Shown here: piece after piece, positions 9,508 through 20,301 of the stretch
Layout of the letters: the number at the start of each line of letters is the position of its first letter
How positions within the stretch are numbered: position 1 is the stretch's first letter
NCBI GenBank assembly: GCA_902542145.1
Contig: CACBTL010000005.1
Span: 5,735 to 69,734, forward strand
Source of the DNA: an uncultured SAR86 cluster bacterium
GTDB lineage: Bacteria; Pseudomonadota; Gammaproteobacteria; Magnimaribacterales; AG-339-G14
DNA length: 64,000 bases
Direction: 5' to 3'
Translations under genes and position numbers: made by a program
Notes under the pieces: model-generated
Database searches by the model: none
Seen by the model: only the letters and a program-made list of their open reading frames with translations
What the model was told of the DNA's origin: nothing

Positions 9508-10695
9508 ATGAAAAAGATAATACTAGCTTACTCCGGCGGATTAGATACAACTGTCATTCTTAAATGGTTGCAAGAAAACTATGATGCTGAAGTTATTACG
9601 TATACCGCAGATTTAGGGCAAAACGACTTAAGAGATGACGTGGAAGATAGAGCATCACAAGCTGGTGCATCTCACTCAATAGTTGAAGATCTTAGAGATG
9701 ATTTTGTAAAAAATTACGTTTTTCCTATGTTTAGAGGGAATGCTATTTACGAAGGTGAATATCTTTTAGGCACTTCAATTGCAAGACCTTTAATCGCTAA
9801 AAGGCTCGTTGAAATTGCAAGAGAGGAGGGAGCTCAATTCATATCTCATGGTGCTACAGGTAAGGGAAACGATCAGATTAGATTTGAATTAGGAGTTTAT
9901 GGACTAGCTCCTGAATTGAAAATTATAAGTCCCTGGCGCGAATGGGATCTAGTATCGAGGAAGGATTTAGTTAAATACTGCAATGAAAATCAATTGCCAG
10001 TTGAAGAGGGTAGTCAAAACGAACCTCCTTTTTCAACTGATGAAAATTTATTACACATTTCTTATGAAGGTGGAATCTTAGAAGATATAACCTCGGCTCC
10101 TCTAGAAAGTATGTGGCGCAATACTAAATCAATTGATGATGCTCCTGATTCAGGAGAAGAATTTTCCATAGAGTTTGAAAACGGAGATCCTATTGCAGTT
10201 AATGATGAAAAGCTTTCTCCTGCAGAGTTATTAACAAAATTAAATGAAATTGGCTCAAGAAACGGTATAGGCAGACTGGATATTATTGAATCGAGATCTA
10301 CAGGAATGAAGTCAAGAGGTTGCTACGAGACGCCTGGTGGCTCGATCTTACTTAAAGCAAGAAGAGCAATAGAATCAATCTGCATGGATGGTGAATCAAT
10401 AAAAACTAAAGACGAAATTATAAGTAAATATTCCGGTTTAATTTATGATGGTTTGTGGTGGGCACCTGAAAGGTTTGCAATACAAAGTCTTATCGATAAT
10501 TTTTCAAAAAATGTTCAAGGACAAATAAAAATACTAGCTAAGAAAGGTAATGTAATCATTTTAAGCAGACGAAGTGATAAATCTTTATATAAAGCAGATT
10601 TAGCGAGTTTTGATGAGAAAGGTGATTTTGATCAGAAAGATGCCGAAGGTTATATTAAGATTAAATCATTAAGATTAAAAAATAGAGATAATTAA
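9508..10695 (+). CDS. argG: Argininosuccinate synthase
   Basis: LAYSGGLDT, YLLGTSIARP, HGATGKGNDQIRFE, SRGCYETPGG. Confidence 0.98.
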   Translation: MKKIILAYSGGLDTTVILKWLQENYDAEVITYTADLGQNDLRDDVEDRASQAGASHSIVEDLRDDFVKNYVFPMFRGNAIYEGEYLLGTSIARPLIAKRLVEIAREEGAQFISHGATGKGNDQIRFELGVYGLAPELKIISPWREWDLVSRKDLVKYCNENQLPVEEGSQNEPPFSTDENLLHISYEGGILEDITSAPLESMWRNTKSIDDAPDSGEEFSIEFENGDPIAVNDEKLSPAELLTKLNEIGSRNGIGRLDIIESRSTGMKSRGCYETPGGSILLKARRAIESICMDGESIKTKDEIISKYSGLIYDGLWWAPERFAIQSLIDNFSKNVQGQIKILAKKGNVIILSRRSDKSLYKADLASFDEKGDFDQKDAEGYIKIKSLRLKNRDN

Positions 10696-11588
10696 GAATC
10701 AATTAAAGCTAGTTTCTCCATTTCTTTAAACTTCCTAGCCATTCCTATTATTGTTTTTCCGGGACCAGAATCCGTAATGCTTAAAACTTTGCTTTTATCA
10801 AGAAAATCTAAAGTTTCTCTCCACCTTACAGTTTCACAAAGTTGATTGATCAAATTATCTTTAATTTCATCGATATCAGAAGTTGGGAGCGCAGTAAAAT
10901 TAGATATTATCGGAACTCTTGGATCTCTGAATTCTATTTTTTCTAATTCAAAGGCTAATTTTTCTTGAGCATCTTTAAGTAAATAACAATGCGATGGTAC
11001 AGACATATTTACGTATTGCGTTTTAACTCTTCTTAATTCTTTGCTTTCAAGCAAAGTTTTACACTTTTCAATATTTTCAGTTTCGCCCGCAAGAACACCC
11101 ATTCCATCAGCAGTATCTGTGGATAAATTTACTGTGCATCCATCATCAGAAAGTTCTTTTATTAAGGATTGAATATCATTATGGTTCATTCCCATGATAA
11201 CCAGCATTTTAGCTTCACCGGGTGCAACTGAATTCTGCATTAGCTTTCCTCTAATGTGAACTAACTTTATTGCATCTAAGAAATCTAAGCATCCTGAATA
11301 AACTAGTGCAGAATATTCACCGAGAGATAGACCTGCACAGAAATTATAACTGGCTTTATCAGTGAAGTGTTCAGCAAAGGAAATGCTTGAAGCCAAAATA
11401 ATTGGTTGAGAATATTCTGTTAAATCAATCAAATTATTTGAATCATCTGTAACTAATTCAACAAGATCAATATCAATAGCATCAGAAGCTTTGATGAATA
11501 ATTCCTTTGCTTTTTCGCTTGAACTGAACAGGCCATCCATCATGCCTACAGTTTGAACTCCTTGACCAGGGAACAAAATTGCATTCAT
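10692..11588 (-). CDS. fabD: Malonyl-CoA:ACP transacylase
   Basis: FPGQG, GLSLGEY nucleophile elbow, RG.LMQ, SVPSHC, VRW. Confidence 0.92.
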   Translation of the reverse strand: MNAILFPGQGVQTVGMMDGLFSSSEKAKELFIKASDAIDIDLVELVTDDSNNLIDLTEYSQPIILASSISFAEHFTDKASYNFCAGLSLGEYSALVYSGCLDFLDAIKLVHIRGKLMQNSVAPGEAKMLVIMGMNHNDIQSLIKELSDDGCTVNLSTDTADGMGVLAGETENIEKCKTLLESKELRRVKTQYVNMSVPSHCYLLKDAQEKLAFELEKIEFRDPRVPIISNFTALPTSDIDEIKDNLINQLCETVRWRETLDFLDKSKVLSITDSGPGKTIIGMARKFKEMEKLALIDS

Positions 11589-12619
11589 GATCCAGAAACT
11601 TTAAGTTTTTCTTGCAAACCTTTATTCGAGGTTGTGTAACCGAAAGGAACTCTCTCACCGGGATTTATTCTTTTAAAGGCTTCTTGCACAGCTAGGGTAG
11701 TTTCATGAAACCCGCAAAGGATCAGGTCTAATTTTCCAGGATAAGTATTGATATCGCCAACAGCAAAGATGCCTTTTTGATTCGTTTCAAATTTTTCTGT
11801 ATCTACTTGGACTTTTCTTTCGTTTAAATCAATTTCCCAATCATTTATTGGCCCAAGTTGCTTACTCAAACCAAAGAAAAATAATGCCTCATCGCAGTTA
11901 ATAACTTCTGTCTCCTTAGTTTCAAAATTCATGATTTCTACTGCCTCAAAAGACTTACCGCCAACAATAGATTTTATGACAAAAGGAATTTTTAACTCTA
12001 TTTCACCACTTGCAACAAAATTTCGCATTTTGTTTTCGGTATGTTCCGCACCTCTAAAATTATCTCTTCTGTGAACAAGTTTTATTGATTTCGCTTTATT
12101 TGCTAATTCTACTGACCAATCTAGTGCACTATCTCCTCCACCAAAAATAACAATATCTTTATCCTTGTATTTATCAACACTTCTGACTGCATAATCTATT
12201 CCTTTGCCTAAAAATTTATCCGGTGATTCAACAGGGGGTTTTCTTGGTTCAAAAGACCCAGCACCAGCCGCTATGAAAATATTAAGTGTTTTAAAAGAAA
12301 TTCCATCAGTCGTTTCAGCAATCCAATGGTCACCTGACTGTTCAATTTTATCTACTCTTTGATTTAGATGAACTTCGTAATCAAAAGGCTCGATTTGTTT
12401 TAAAAGTGAATCTATATGCTCTTTACCAGTTTGGTTTGGTACACCGGGTATGTCGTAAATAGGTTTTTCTGGATAAAGTTCAATACATTGACCGCCAATT
12501 TTATCTAGATTGTCTACAAGATGACATTTGAGACCCAGTAATCCTGCCTCAAATACTGTAAATAGTCCTACCGGACCAGCTCCAATAATTAAAATATCTG
12601 TTTCAATGCTTTTAGTCAT
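11585..12619 (-). CDS. TrxB-type ferredoxin--NADP+ reductase
   Basis: GAGPVGL, GGQC.ELYPEKPIYDIPG, GGGDSALDW, YPGKLDLI; lacks the TrxR CxxC. Confidence 0.9.
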   Translation of the reverse strand: MTKSIETDILIIGAGPVGLFTVFEAGLLGLKCHLVDNLDKIGGQCIELYPEKPIYDIPGVPNQTGKEHIDSLLKQIEPFDYEVHLNQRVDKIEQSGDHWIAETTDGISFKTLNIFIAAGAGSFEPRKPPVESPDKFLGKGIDYAVRSVDKYKDKDIVIFGGGDSALDWSVELANKAKSIKLVHRRDNFRGAEHTENKMRNFVASGEIELKIPFVIKSIVGGKSFEAVEIMNFETKETEVINCDEALFFFGLSKQLGPINDWEIDLNERKVQVDTEKFETNQKGIFAVGDINTYPGKLDLILCGFHETTLAVQEAFKRINPGERVPFGYTTSNKGLQEKLKVSGS

Positions 12620-12951
12620 TAACTCACTCTCATTCCTGGTTTTGCACCCTGATCGGGATGCAGTATAAATACGCCTTCTTCATCGTTGCTTGCAGCAAGA
12701 ATCATACCTTCTGAAACTCCAAATCGCATCTTCCTAGGCTTTAAATTAGCTACACATATAATTTTTAGACCTATTAACTTTTCTGGATCATAAAATTTTT
12801 TAATACCTGCAAATACTATTCTTTCTCCTAAATCTCCTAGGTCTAGAATTATTTTTAGGAGCTTATCTGCTTCCTCCACGTTTTCAGCGTTTTTGATCTC
12901 AGCAACCCTCAGATCTATTTTTATAAAATCTTCTATAGAAATTTCATCCAT
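12619..12951 (-). CDS. Stand-alone MetRS C-terminal tRNA-binding (Trbp111/EMAP OB-fold) domain
   Basis: [38 protein letters not shown]; own SD AGAGGT. Confidence 0.92.
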   Translation of the reverse strand: MDEISIEDFIKIDLRVAEIKNAENVEEADKLLKIILDLGDLGERIVFAGIKKFYDPEKLIGLKIICVANLKPRKMRFGVSEGMILAASNDEEGVFILHPDQGAKPGMRVS

Positions 12952-14596
12952 TTGAACCTCTTTGAATAAGTGCTTCTAATTTCTCATCTTCTAATCTATT
13001 GAGGATAGGAGAAAAAGAATTTAATTTATGATTTGTTAAAGGAGTATCAATATCATCGATCGAGCTGATTATCTCGTTTAGAAAACTTTCTCCTTTAAAG
13101 CATGTGTCTGGAATCACTATCTTGAGATAAGTGTTTATAACCCTAAATAGATTTATTGTTGTGCTCGCAATCTTGATAACTTCTTCACTGTTTTCTTCAT
13201 CTCTAGCTAAAATCCAAGGTTTTTTCTCATCCACATAAGCATTTGCTGAATCAGCTAATTTCATGATTTCTTTAATTGCCTTAGAGTACTCAAGATCTGC
13301 AAAAAGATTAGTAATTTCAATTTTTGATGAAATGAAATTTTCATAAAATTCATGATCGATATTATTTCCTATCTGATTATCATTCTTTTTTAAAAATCCT
13401 GCTGATCTACTGGCAATATTCACAAATTTTCCGACCAAATCAGAATTAACTTTTTTTTGGAAGTCATCATAGTTGAGATCAATATCATCGATGGAAGGCG
13501 ATAACTTTGATGCCAGGTAATATCTTATATAGTCAGCATCAAGGATATCTAAGTAATCTCTCATACTTAAAAAATTGCCTTTAGACTTAGACATTTTTGC
13601 CCCGTTCAAACCCAAGAAACCATGAACAAAAACATTCGATGGTTTTTTAAATTTAGACGTTTCAAGTAAAGCTGGCCAAAATAAAGCGTGGAAATTCATG
13701 ATATCTTTTCCAATAAAATGATAAATCTCTGTATTGGCAGTTTCCGACCAAATTTCTTCTGCAGACTCATCACTCTTTGCTCTTAAATGATTTTCAAGAC
13801 TGGCTATGTACCCGATAGGGGCATCAAGCCATACATAAAAGTACTTCCCCGGCATATCAGGAATTTCAAATCCAAAATAAGGCGAATCTCTACTAATATC
13901 CCAATCTTTTAAACCTTGCTGAAACCATTCTTCAAGTTTATTTTTAACTGCTTCCTGAAGAGGTGTGGCTTTCATCCAATTTGCCACATTAGTTTCTAAC
14001 TTTGATAATTTAAAAAAAACATGCTCACTAGTTTTTACTACCGGCTTTTGACCGCTGATTGTTGACACTGGGTTGATTAATTCAGCGGCTTCATATTTCG
14101 CACCACAGATTTCACAATTATCTCCATACTGATCTTCAGCGGAACACTTAGGACAAGTACCTTTAACATATCTATCTGAAAGAAATAAGCCTGCACCTTC
14201 GTCAAATAGTTGTTCGATCTCCTTACTTTCAATGAACCCAGATTCTTTAGCTTTGTTATAAATCAATTCACTGAAGTATTTATTTTCTTCACTGTGAGTT
14301 GTATAAAAATTATCATGAGAAATATTGAATGATCCTAAGTCTTTCATATGAGAAGATCTGAATTCTTCAACCATTTTTTCAGGTTCGGTCGCTAATTCCT
14401 TAGCTCTGAGCATGATAGGGGTGCCATGAGCATCGCTTGCACAAACATAGTGACAAGCAATGTTGTTTGCTCTAAGCAACCTTACCCAGATATCTGTTTG
14501 AACATGCTCTAAAAGATGTCCTATGTGCAAGTCACCATTTGCATAGGGCAAAGCGCTCGTAATAATTACACGGTTGTTTTTTTCAGGAAGAGGCAT
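12944..14596 (-). CDS. metG: Methionine--tRNA ligase (catalytic core)
   Basis: [14 protein letters not shown], Zn knuckle [23 protein letters not shown]. Confidence 0.98.
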   Translation of the reverse strand: MPLPEKNNRVIITSALPYANGDLHIGHLLEHVQTDIWVRLLRANNIACHYVCASDAHGTPIMLRAKELATEPEKMVEEFRSSHMKDLGSFNISHDNFYTTHSEENKYFSELIYNKAKESGFIESKEIEQLFDEGAGLFLSDRYVKGTCPKCSAEDQYGDNCEICGAKYEAAELINPVSTISGQKPVVKTSEHVFFKLSKLETNVANWMKATPLQEAVKNKLEEWFQQGLKDWDISRDSPYFGFEIPDMPGKYFYVWLDAPIGYIASLENHLRAKSDESAEEIWSETANTEIYHFIGKDIMNFHALFWPALLETSKFKKPSNVFVHGFLGLNGAKMSKSKGNFLSMRDYLDILDADYIRYYLASKLSPSIDDIDLNYDDFQKKVNSDLVGKFVNIASRSAGFLKKNDNQIGNNIDHEFYENFISSKIEITNLFADLEYSKAIKEIMKLADSANAYVDEKKPWILARDEENSEEVIKIASTTINLFRVINTYLKIVIPDTCFKGESFLNEIISSIDDIDTPLTNHKLNSFSPILNRLEDEKLEALIQRGSNG

Positions 14597-14607
14597 ATGC
14601 TTACGAA

Positions 14608-15333
14608 ATGGTTATTCTGTACATCAAAAGATTGAGTGTTATTTTAGCATTTTTCTTTGTATTTATAGGGTGCGCCGTCTCTCCCGAGTTGAGAGATTCT
14701 CTAGATCCTTATGAAGAGCAAAATAGAAAAATTCATGAATTCAATGAGAGAGTAATAGAAAATTTAATTGAACCTGTTACAGGAGCATATGTAGAAGCCA
14801 CTCCACCTTTTGTTCGGGATCGAATTACAGATTTTTTTGAAAATATTGATGACGTCAAGTCAGGCTTAAATAATATTTTGCAAGAGAATTTTTCTAAGGC
14901 TTTAAATGATTTTGGAAGATTTATTTTCAATTCAACTTTTGGAATTATTGGTCTCTTTGATGTTGCTACCCCAATGGGATTTGATAAGAACGATGAAGAT
15001 TTTGGACAGACACTAGGAAAATGGGGTGTTGAACACGGTCCCTATATAGTTTTGCCTTTTCTAGGTCCAACTACTGTGAGGGATGGTTTATCCAGAGGAA
15101 TAGATTCTGTCATATCTCCTTTGGCTGTAGCTGATGATCATCCAACTACATCAGGTTTATTGACTGGATTAAATGTCCTTAATCAAACAACTGTTTTACT
15201 TGAGCTAGACAATTTTGTCAGCGGAGATAAATACATTTTTTTCAGAGATGCATACTTACAGCGCAGAAAGTATGAAATCAGTGATGGAGAAATTGATGCC
15301 GATGACTTCGTTGATGAATTTGAAGATTTTTAA
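14608..15333 (+). CDS. mlaA: MlaA/VacJ lipid asymmetry lipoprotein
   Basis: Lipobox IGC; DPYE..NR, RFIFNSTFG..GLFDVA, EDFGQTLG.WG, GPYIVLPFLGP. Confidence 0.95.
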   Translation: MVILYIKRLSVILAFFFVFIGCAVSPELRDSLDPYEEQNRKIHEFNERVIENLIEPVTGAYVEATPPFVRDRITDFFENIDDVKSGLNNILQENFSKALNDFGRFIFNSTFGIIGLFDVATPMGFDKNDEDFGQTLGKWGVEHGPYIVLPFLGPTTVRDGLSRGIDSVISPLAVADDHPTTSGLLTGLNVLNQTTVLLELDNFVSGDKYIFFRDAYLQRRKYEISDGEIDADDFVDEFEDF

Positions 15334-16571
15334 TCTTCAAAGGCTCCATAGACCATAGCTTGCATTTGTCCTCTGAACGGAAAAGTTGTTGAGGGCCTTA
15401 ATTGGGTCATGAAAATACCTAATAAATTTTCCTTAGGATCTATCCAGAAGAAGGTACTTGCCATACCACCCCAATTATACGATCCTGCAGTTCCAGAGAT
15501 TTGTGTGGCAGCTTGATCGACGGTTACAGCCATACTCAAACCATAACCCATTCCCTGATAACGTACCTCAGAAAATCCTCCTCCAGCATTCATATCTAAC
15601 AAAGTTTTATTGTCCGGGAGGTGATTCATAGTCATCAACTCAACAGTTTTTCTTGAGAGTATTCTTTTGCCATTTAATTCACCGCCATTAAGAAGCATCT
15701 GACTGAACTTAAAATAATCTTCTATGGTAGATGCGAGACCACTCCCACCACCTTTATAAACTTTATCTATTAACATGTTGCTTTCTTTTCCAGAGGGATC
15801 TTCTAAAACTAATTTTTTTTCTGGCGTTCTCCAATACAAAGCTGTCAATCTATCTGCATCCTTTTTGGGCACAATAAATCCTGTATCCTTCATACCTAAG
15901 GGATCAAATATGTTTTCTTTGAAGTAATCACCTATTTTCTCCCCTGATATAACTTCAATAATTCTTGCGCAAACATCTATGGAAACGCTGTAAAGCCAGC
16001 TTTCGCCAGGCGAAAATTGAAGGGGAAGGGTAGCTAGAGTTTCGCATACATCTTTTAAATCAAGAGAACGTCTTTCTCTGTCTGGCAGTAATTCATCAAA
16101 TATATGCCTATAGGCACTATCCAAGTGATTTTCAAAATTAATTGAATAGCTGAGACCAGAGGTATGAGTCAATAAATCCCGAACGGTCATTTCTCTATTC
16201 ACAGATCTGGTATCAAATGCTGGATAGATACCACTTATATAGACTGATTGATTTTTAAATTCAGGGAGAAATTTACTAACCGGGTCTGCCAGATGAAAGT
16301 AACCTTTCTCATATAACTGCATTAAGGCAACTCCAGTTACAGGTTTCGTCATTGAATAGATTCTAAAAATCGAGTCATCTTCCATCTTAAGATTTTGTTC
16401 AATATCTCTTAAACCTTGAGAGTGACAATGAACAATTTCTCCATTCCTTGCCACCAAGGTTTGCGTTCCGGATATTTTTCCTGGTGATATATATCTATCC
16501 ATGAAAAGTTCATCCATGAATTGGAGTTTTTCCTTGGATAAATTGTGTTTGCTTGGATTAACTATCTTCAT
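15330..16571 (-). CDS. Serine hydrolase, beta-lactamase fold (family VIII esterase)
   Basis: FRIYSMTKP, LLTHTSG, PLQFSPG..W.YS, WGGMAST. Confidence 0.9.
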   Translation of the reverse strand: MKIVNPSKHNLSKEKLQFMDELFMDRYISPGKISGTQTLVARNGEIVHCHSQGLRDIEQNLKMEDDSIFRIYSMTKPVTGVALMQLYEKGYFHLADPVSKFLPEFKNQSVYISGIYPAFDTRSVNREMTVRDLLTHTSGLSYSINFENHLDSAYRHIFDELLPDRERRSLDLKDVCETLATLPLQFSPGESWLYSVSIDVCARIIEVISGEKIGDYFKENIFDPLGMKDTGFIVPKKDADRLTALYWRTPEKKLVLEDPSGKESNMLIDKVYKGGGSGLASTIEDYFKFSQMLLNGGELNGKRILSRKTVELMTMNHLPDNKTLLDMNAGGGFSEVRYQGMGYGLSMAVTVDQAATQISGTAGSYNWGGMASTFFWIDPKENLLGIFMTQLRPSTTFPFRGQMQAMVYGAFED

Positions 16572-17004
16572 TAGTTTCCTTTTGATTTAATTTGGCATTT
16601 ATAAAATCTTTATGATTCAGGTACAGAAGATCAGCAATTCTTCTTATCAAATGCTCTTCATGCTTATCCATCTGCCCATCTGCAAATGCTATTGCCCAGA
16701 CAGAATTCAGGATTTCTTTTTTCTGATCGTAATCAAGTTGATCGTTAAGTATTCTCGTGTGTTCATAAAAAGAAATAGATTCTTTAGACTTTGCAAGAGT
16801 TGCATCAACAATTTCTTGTATCTCTTCTTCTTTAATATCTAATTTACTGAGAGAATTAGCCATTGCTTTTAATTCAGATTCATCCAGTTCATTATCTGCA
16901 TAAGCAACTTCTATCATTAAAGAACAGATAGATTTTTGAATGCTATTATCTTTGCTTTCCGGTTCAATCTCTTTTGTTTTAAATAAATTTTTGAAAAATT
17001 TCAT
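16558..17004 (-). CDS. TerB-family (DjlA N-terminal-like) protein
   Basis: LMIEVAYAD...E, W.IAFADG..D.HEEHLIRRIADLL. Confidence 0.85.
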   Translation of the reverse strand: MKFFKNLFKTKEIEPESKDNSIQKSICSLMIEVAYADNELDESELKAMANSLSKLDIKEEEIQEIVDATLAKSKESISFYEHTRILNDQLDYDQKKEILNSVWAIAFADGQMDKHEEHLIRRIADLLYLNHKDFINAKLNQKETNEDS

Positions 17005-17960
17005 GCGACTAATAAATGTTTTTTCTTAAGTATTCTTATTATCTCATCTACATCCAGGTTATCCGACATAATTATTTGCCTTATCTTTTTTGAATAACTA
17101 AAACCTTTAAAAAAATTTACCATGTGCCTTTTGATCAAATAACCTGAGAATCCTAAATCTTGATTTTCTATTAAATATTTTTCCATCATCATGACAAGAG
17201 TTTCAATTTCAGTTTCATTGGTTGATTGATAAAAAGTTTTGTCCACTTTTGTTAATTCATAAGGTTTTTCACAGACATATCTTCCGTACATTAAACCATC
17301 CACCATTTTTAATTTATTTTTATCTTCTAGAAAGTTAGATAGACCTCCGTTAAGTATTATTTCAATATCTGGAAAATCTTCTTTTAATCGATAAACTCTT
17401 TCGTAGTTTAGCGGTGGAATATTTCTATTTTTCTTTGGATTTAGTCCTTCAAGCATTCCTTTTCTGGCATGCACATATAGGGTTTTTATTTCTGACTGCA
17501 GAATGATTTCAATGAAATTATCTAAGGTTTCTTCGATATCTTGATTATCAACTCCTAATCTAATTTTTGCAGTTATTGGTATATCTGAAGATGCAGTCAT
17601 AGCAGAAAGACAATCTTTAACTTTAGTTGGTTCATACATGAGAAATGCTCCAAAGCCTCCTGATTTCACTCTTGGGCTAGGACAACCAACATTCAAATTA
17701 ATTTCATCGTATTTATTTTCATTAATTATTTTGGTTGCTTCAGCAAGATCTCCTGGTTCACAGCCTCCAAGCTGGAAGACAACTGGGTTTTCTATATCCG
17801 TTTTTTGTAAGTATTTATCTATTCGTTTGTTTTTCACAAGGGCATTGGAATGCACCATTTCTGTGAATAAAACAGCATGTTTTGAAGCGAACCTACAAAG
17901 ATTTCTAAAATGCGTATCAGTTCTTCCCATCATTGGGGCGATACAAAAGGTTCTATCCAT
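17001..17960 (-). CDS. dusA: tRNA-dihydrouridine(20/20a) synthase
   Basis: APMM..TD.HFR, QLGG, NLNVGCPS.RV, HARK..L.GLNPK.NR.IPPL.Y. Confidence 0.92.
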   Translation of the reverse strand: MDRTFCIAPMMGRTDTHFRNLCRFASKHAVLFTEMVHSNALVKNKRIDKYLQKTDIENPVVFQLGGCEPGDLAEATKIINENKYDEINLNVGCPSPRVKSGGFGAFLMYEPTKVKDCLSAMTASSDIPITAKIRLGVDNQDIEETLDNFIEIILQSEIKTLYVHARKGMLEGLNPKKNRNIPPLNYERVYRLKEDFPDIEIILNGGLSNFLEDKNKLKMVDGLMYGRYVCEKPYELTKVDKTFYQSTNETEIETLVMMMEKYLIENQDLGFSGYLIKRHMVNFFKGFSYSKKIRQIIMSDNLDVDEIIRILKKKHLLVA

Positions 17961-19468
17961 TAAAAGTAATAAAAAATTGCTGTTAATCCAACAGAGCTCA
18001 ATACGATTGTATAAGGAAGAGCCAGCTTGACCATTCTTAAATAAGACAGACCAATTAAAGGAGCTACTGATGACGTTAACAGGAAGAGAAAGGCTGCTTG
18101 TCCGTTTGGAGTAGCAACACTTGGTAGGTTTGTACCGGTATTTATCGCAACAGCTAAAGCATCAAATTGATCTCTGCTAATTTCTCCAGAATCTAAGGCA
18201 GCTTTAATTTCGTTGATATAAATAGTAGCAACAAAAACATTGTCACTGATCATGGATAAAATTCCATTTACTATGAAAAACAGAGGTGCTTGAAGTTCCA
18301 CGGCTTGAAGAAATACATAATCAATAACAGGCTTGAATAAATGTTGATCATGTATAACTGCAACCACAGCAAAAAAAACAACAAGTAGGGCTGTGAAAGG
18401 TAGAGCTTCCTCGAAGGCTTTTCCTAATTCTTTTTCTTCAATGATTCCTGTAAATGAAGTCAAAAGTATGATGATCATTAAACCTATTAGACCAACAGCA
18501 GCAATACTAAATGCCAGCGAGAACATAAGGATTAATCCAACGAATAATTGAACGAGAAGTTTGGCTTTAACCTGATCCGTTAGGTTGGCTGTTTGATCAT
18601 CATCAAATGCTTGAAGAATATCCCTGACTCTCTCAGGAAGTTGAGCGCCGTATCCAAAAACCTTAAATCTTTCTAAAAACAATGTAGTGAACAAGCCAGC
18701 GATTAAAACAGGAATTGAAATCGGAGCCATCCTGATAAAAAATTCTATAAAGTCCCATTCGGCAATGGATGCAATAAGAAGATTTTGTGGCTCTCCTACA
18801 ATAGTACAAACGCCACCAAGAGCTGTTCCCACGGCTCCATGCATTAACAGGTTACAAAGAAACAGTTTAAATTTTTCTAAATTGATCGATTCATTATCAT
18901 CTAAATGAGAATCATCGTTTAAATCATGCTCATCCAAATAATCTTTTCCAGACGCCGCTTGATGGTAGACAGTATAAAAGCCAACAGCGACGGATATCAA
19001 AACTGCTGTTACGGTTAGGGCATCAAGAAAAGCTGATAAAAAAGCTGCAGCGAAGACAAAAAGAAGAGATACAGTTGTCTTGTTTTTTACTTTCAATAAA
19101 AGCTTAGTAAAAATAAAAAGAAGTAAGTCTTTCATGAAAAATATTCCAGCAACCATAAACATAAGCAATAGAATTACTTTAAGGTTTAGAGAAATTTCGT
19201 AATAAACCTGACTGGTTGTAGTGAGTCCTAAAATAACAGCCTGCAGAGCTATCAGCCCTCCTGGAGGAAGGGGGTGACATTTAAAAGTCATTGCAAGTGT
19301 AAAAATAAATTCCGCAAGAATAACCCAGCCTAAAATAGTCCCGGCAGGTAAGGACGTTGTAATACAAATAAAGTAAAGAATTGGATTTATAACTAAAAAG
19401 GCTAGAATGGTCTGCTTATACCAATCAGGAGCATGACCAAGAAAGTTCTTAAAAATTGCTGAGGACAT
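17960..19468 (-). CDS. nhaB: Na+/H+ antiporter NhaB
   Basis: Start moved to ATG 19468 ([18 protein letters not shown]); [46 protein letters not shown]. Confidence 0.96.
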   Translation of the reverse strand: MSSAIFKNFLGHAPDWYKQTILAFLVINPILYFICITTSLPAGTILGWVILAEFIFTLAMTFKCHPLPPGGLIALQAVILGLTTTSQVYYEISLNLKVILLLMFMVAGIFFMKDLLLFIFTKLLLKVKNKTTVSLLFVFAAAFLSAFLDALTVTAVLISVAVGFYTVYHQAASGKDYLDEHDLNDDSHLDDNESINLEKFKLFLCNLLMHGAVGTALGGVCTIVGEPQNLLIASIAEWDFIEFFIRMAPISIPVLIAGLFTTLFLERFKVFGYGAQLPERVRDILQAFDDDQTANLTDQVKAKLLVQLFVGLILMFSLAFSIAAVGLIGLMIIILLTSFTGIIEEKELGKAFEEALPFTALLVVFFAVVAVIHDQHLFKPVIDYVFLQAVELQAPLFFIVNGILSMISDNVFVATIYINEIKAALDSGEISRDQFDALAVAINTGTNLPSVATPNGQAAFLFLLTSSVAPLIGLSYLRMVKLALPYTIVLSSVGLTAIFYYF

Positions 19469-19478
19469 AGTTTTTTGT

Positions 19479-20300
19479 ATGAATATTTTTACGCCGGCTA
19501 ATTTTATAGATGATACGTCCAAAGAGTCAAAGTACTTTCCTGTATTTAATTCAAAGTTATTACACTTTTTAAAAGAATCTTCAGTCCGCCCGGCTACTGA
19601 GGATGAAATGAAATGGTCAGGTCTAGAAGAAAAAAGTAGACACTTCATTGGATATTTAGATGACGCACCCCTTTATGCTGTGTCTGTCTCAAACGAACAA
19701 ACAATGATTCCAGATACAACCTTTACCGATTTAAGAGCTTTATTTTCTGTGATGAATATGCAGCTATTCGAAGCCATCTCTAGAGCATTTCAGATAGTTA
19801 ATTGGTCAGACTCAAATAAATATTGCGGCTTTTGTGGATCAGAATTACAACTTGATAAAAAAGAAAGGGCAATGAAGTGCCCAAATTGTGACTCACCGTT
19901 GGTATATCCAAAAATTTCTCCATGCATTATTACCTTAATTCATAAAGATAAAAGTATTTTATTGGCACATAACAAAAATTTTCCAGTAAATCTCTACAGC
20001 ACTATTGCTGGCTTTATTGAGGCTGGAGAAAGTGCCGAAGCCTGCTTAAAAAGAGAAGTCAAAGAAGAAGTTGGAATTGAGGTTCACAATATTGAATATT
20101 TTCAAAGTCAGTCTTGGCCTTTCCCGGGTCAATTAATGCTTGGATATTTTGCTGAATACAAATCTGGAGAGATAACCCCAGATAATGATGAGATAGATGA
20201 TGCTCAATGGTTTGAAGTTGATAATTTACCTAATACTCCTCCACCAGGCGTATCTATTTCAGGAGATTTAATTCAACATTACCTTAATAGTCTTAAATAG
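19479..20300 (+). CDS. nudC: NAD(H) diphosphatase / NAD-cap decapping enzyme NudC
   Basis: CGFC..CPNC zinc ribbon, YPKISP, Nudix box AGFIEAGE...[15 protein letters not shown]. Confidence 0.94.
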   Translation: MNIFTPANFIDDTSKESKYFPVFNSKLLHFLKESSVRPATEDEMKWSGLEEKSRHFIGYLDDAPLYAVSVSNEQTMIPDTTFTDLRALFSVMNMQLFEAISRAFQIVNWSDSNKYCGFCGSELQLDKKERAMKCPNCDSPLVYPKISPCIITLIHKDKSILLAHNKNFPVNLYSTIAGFIEAGESAEACLKREVKEEVGIEVHNIEYFQSQSWPFPGQLMLGYFAEYKSGEITPDNDEIDDAQWFEVDNLPNTPPPGVSISGDLIQHYLNSLK

Positions 20301-20301
20301 A

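Noticed and set aside
4433-16571. Two beta-lactamase-fold genes and a TerB gene as resistance determinants
   Set aside because: The motifs fit family VIII esterases, and the TerB-like gene is solitary with no ter operon or mobile context.
19469-19648. N-terminal extension of NhaB in the ORF track
   Set aside because: It overlaps nudC on the opposite strand; NhaB similarity begins at ATG 19468.
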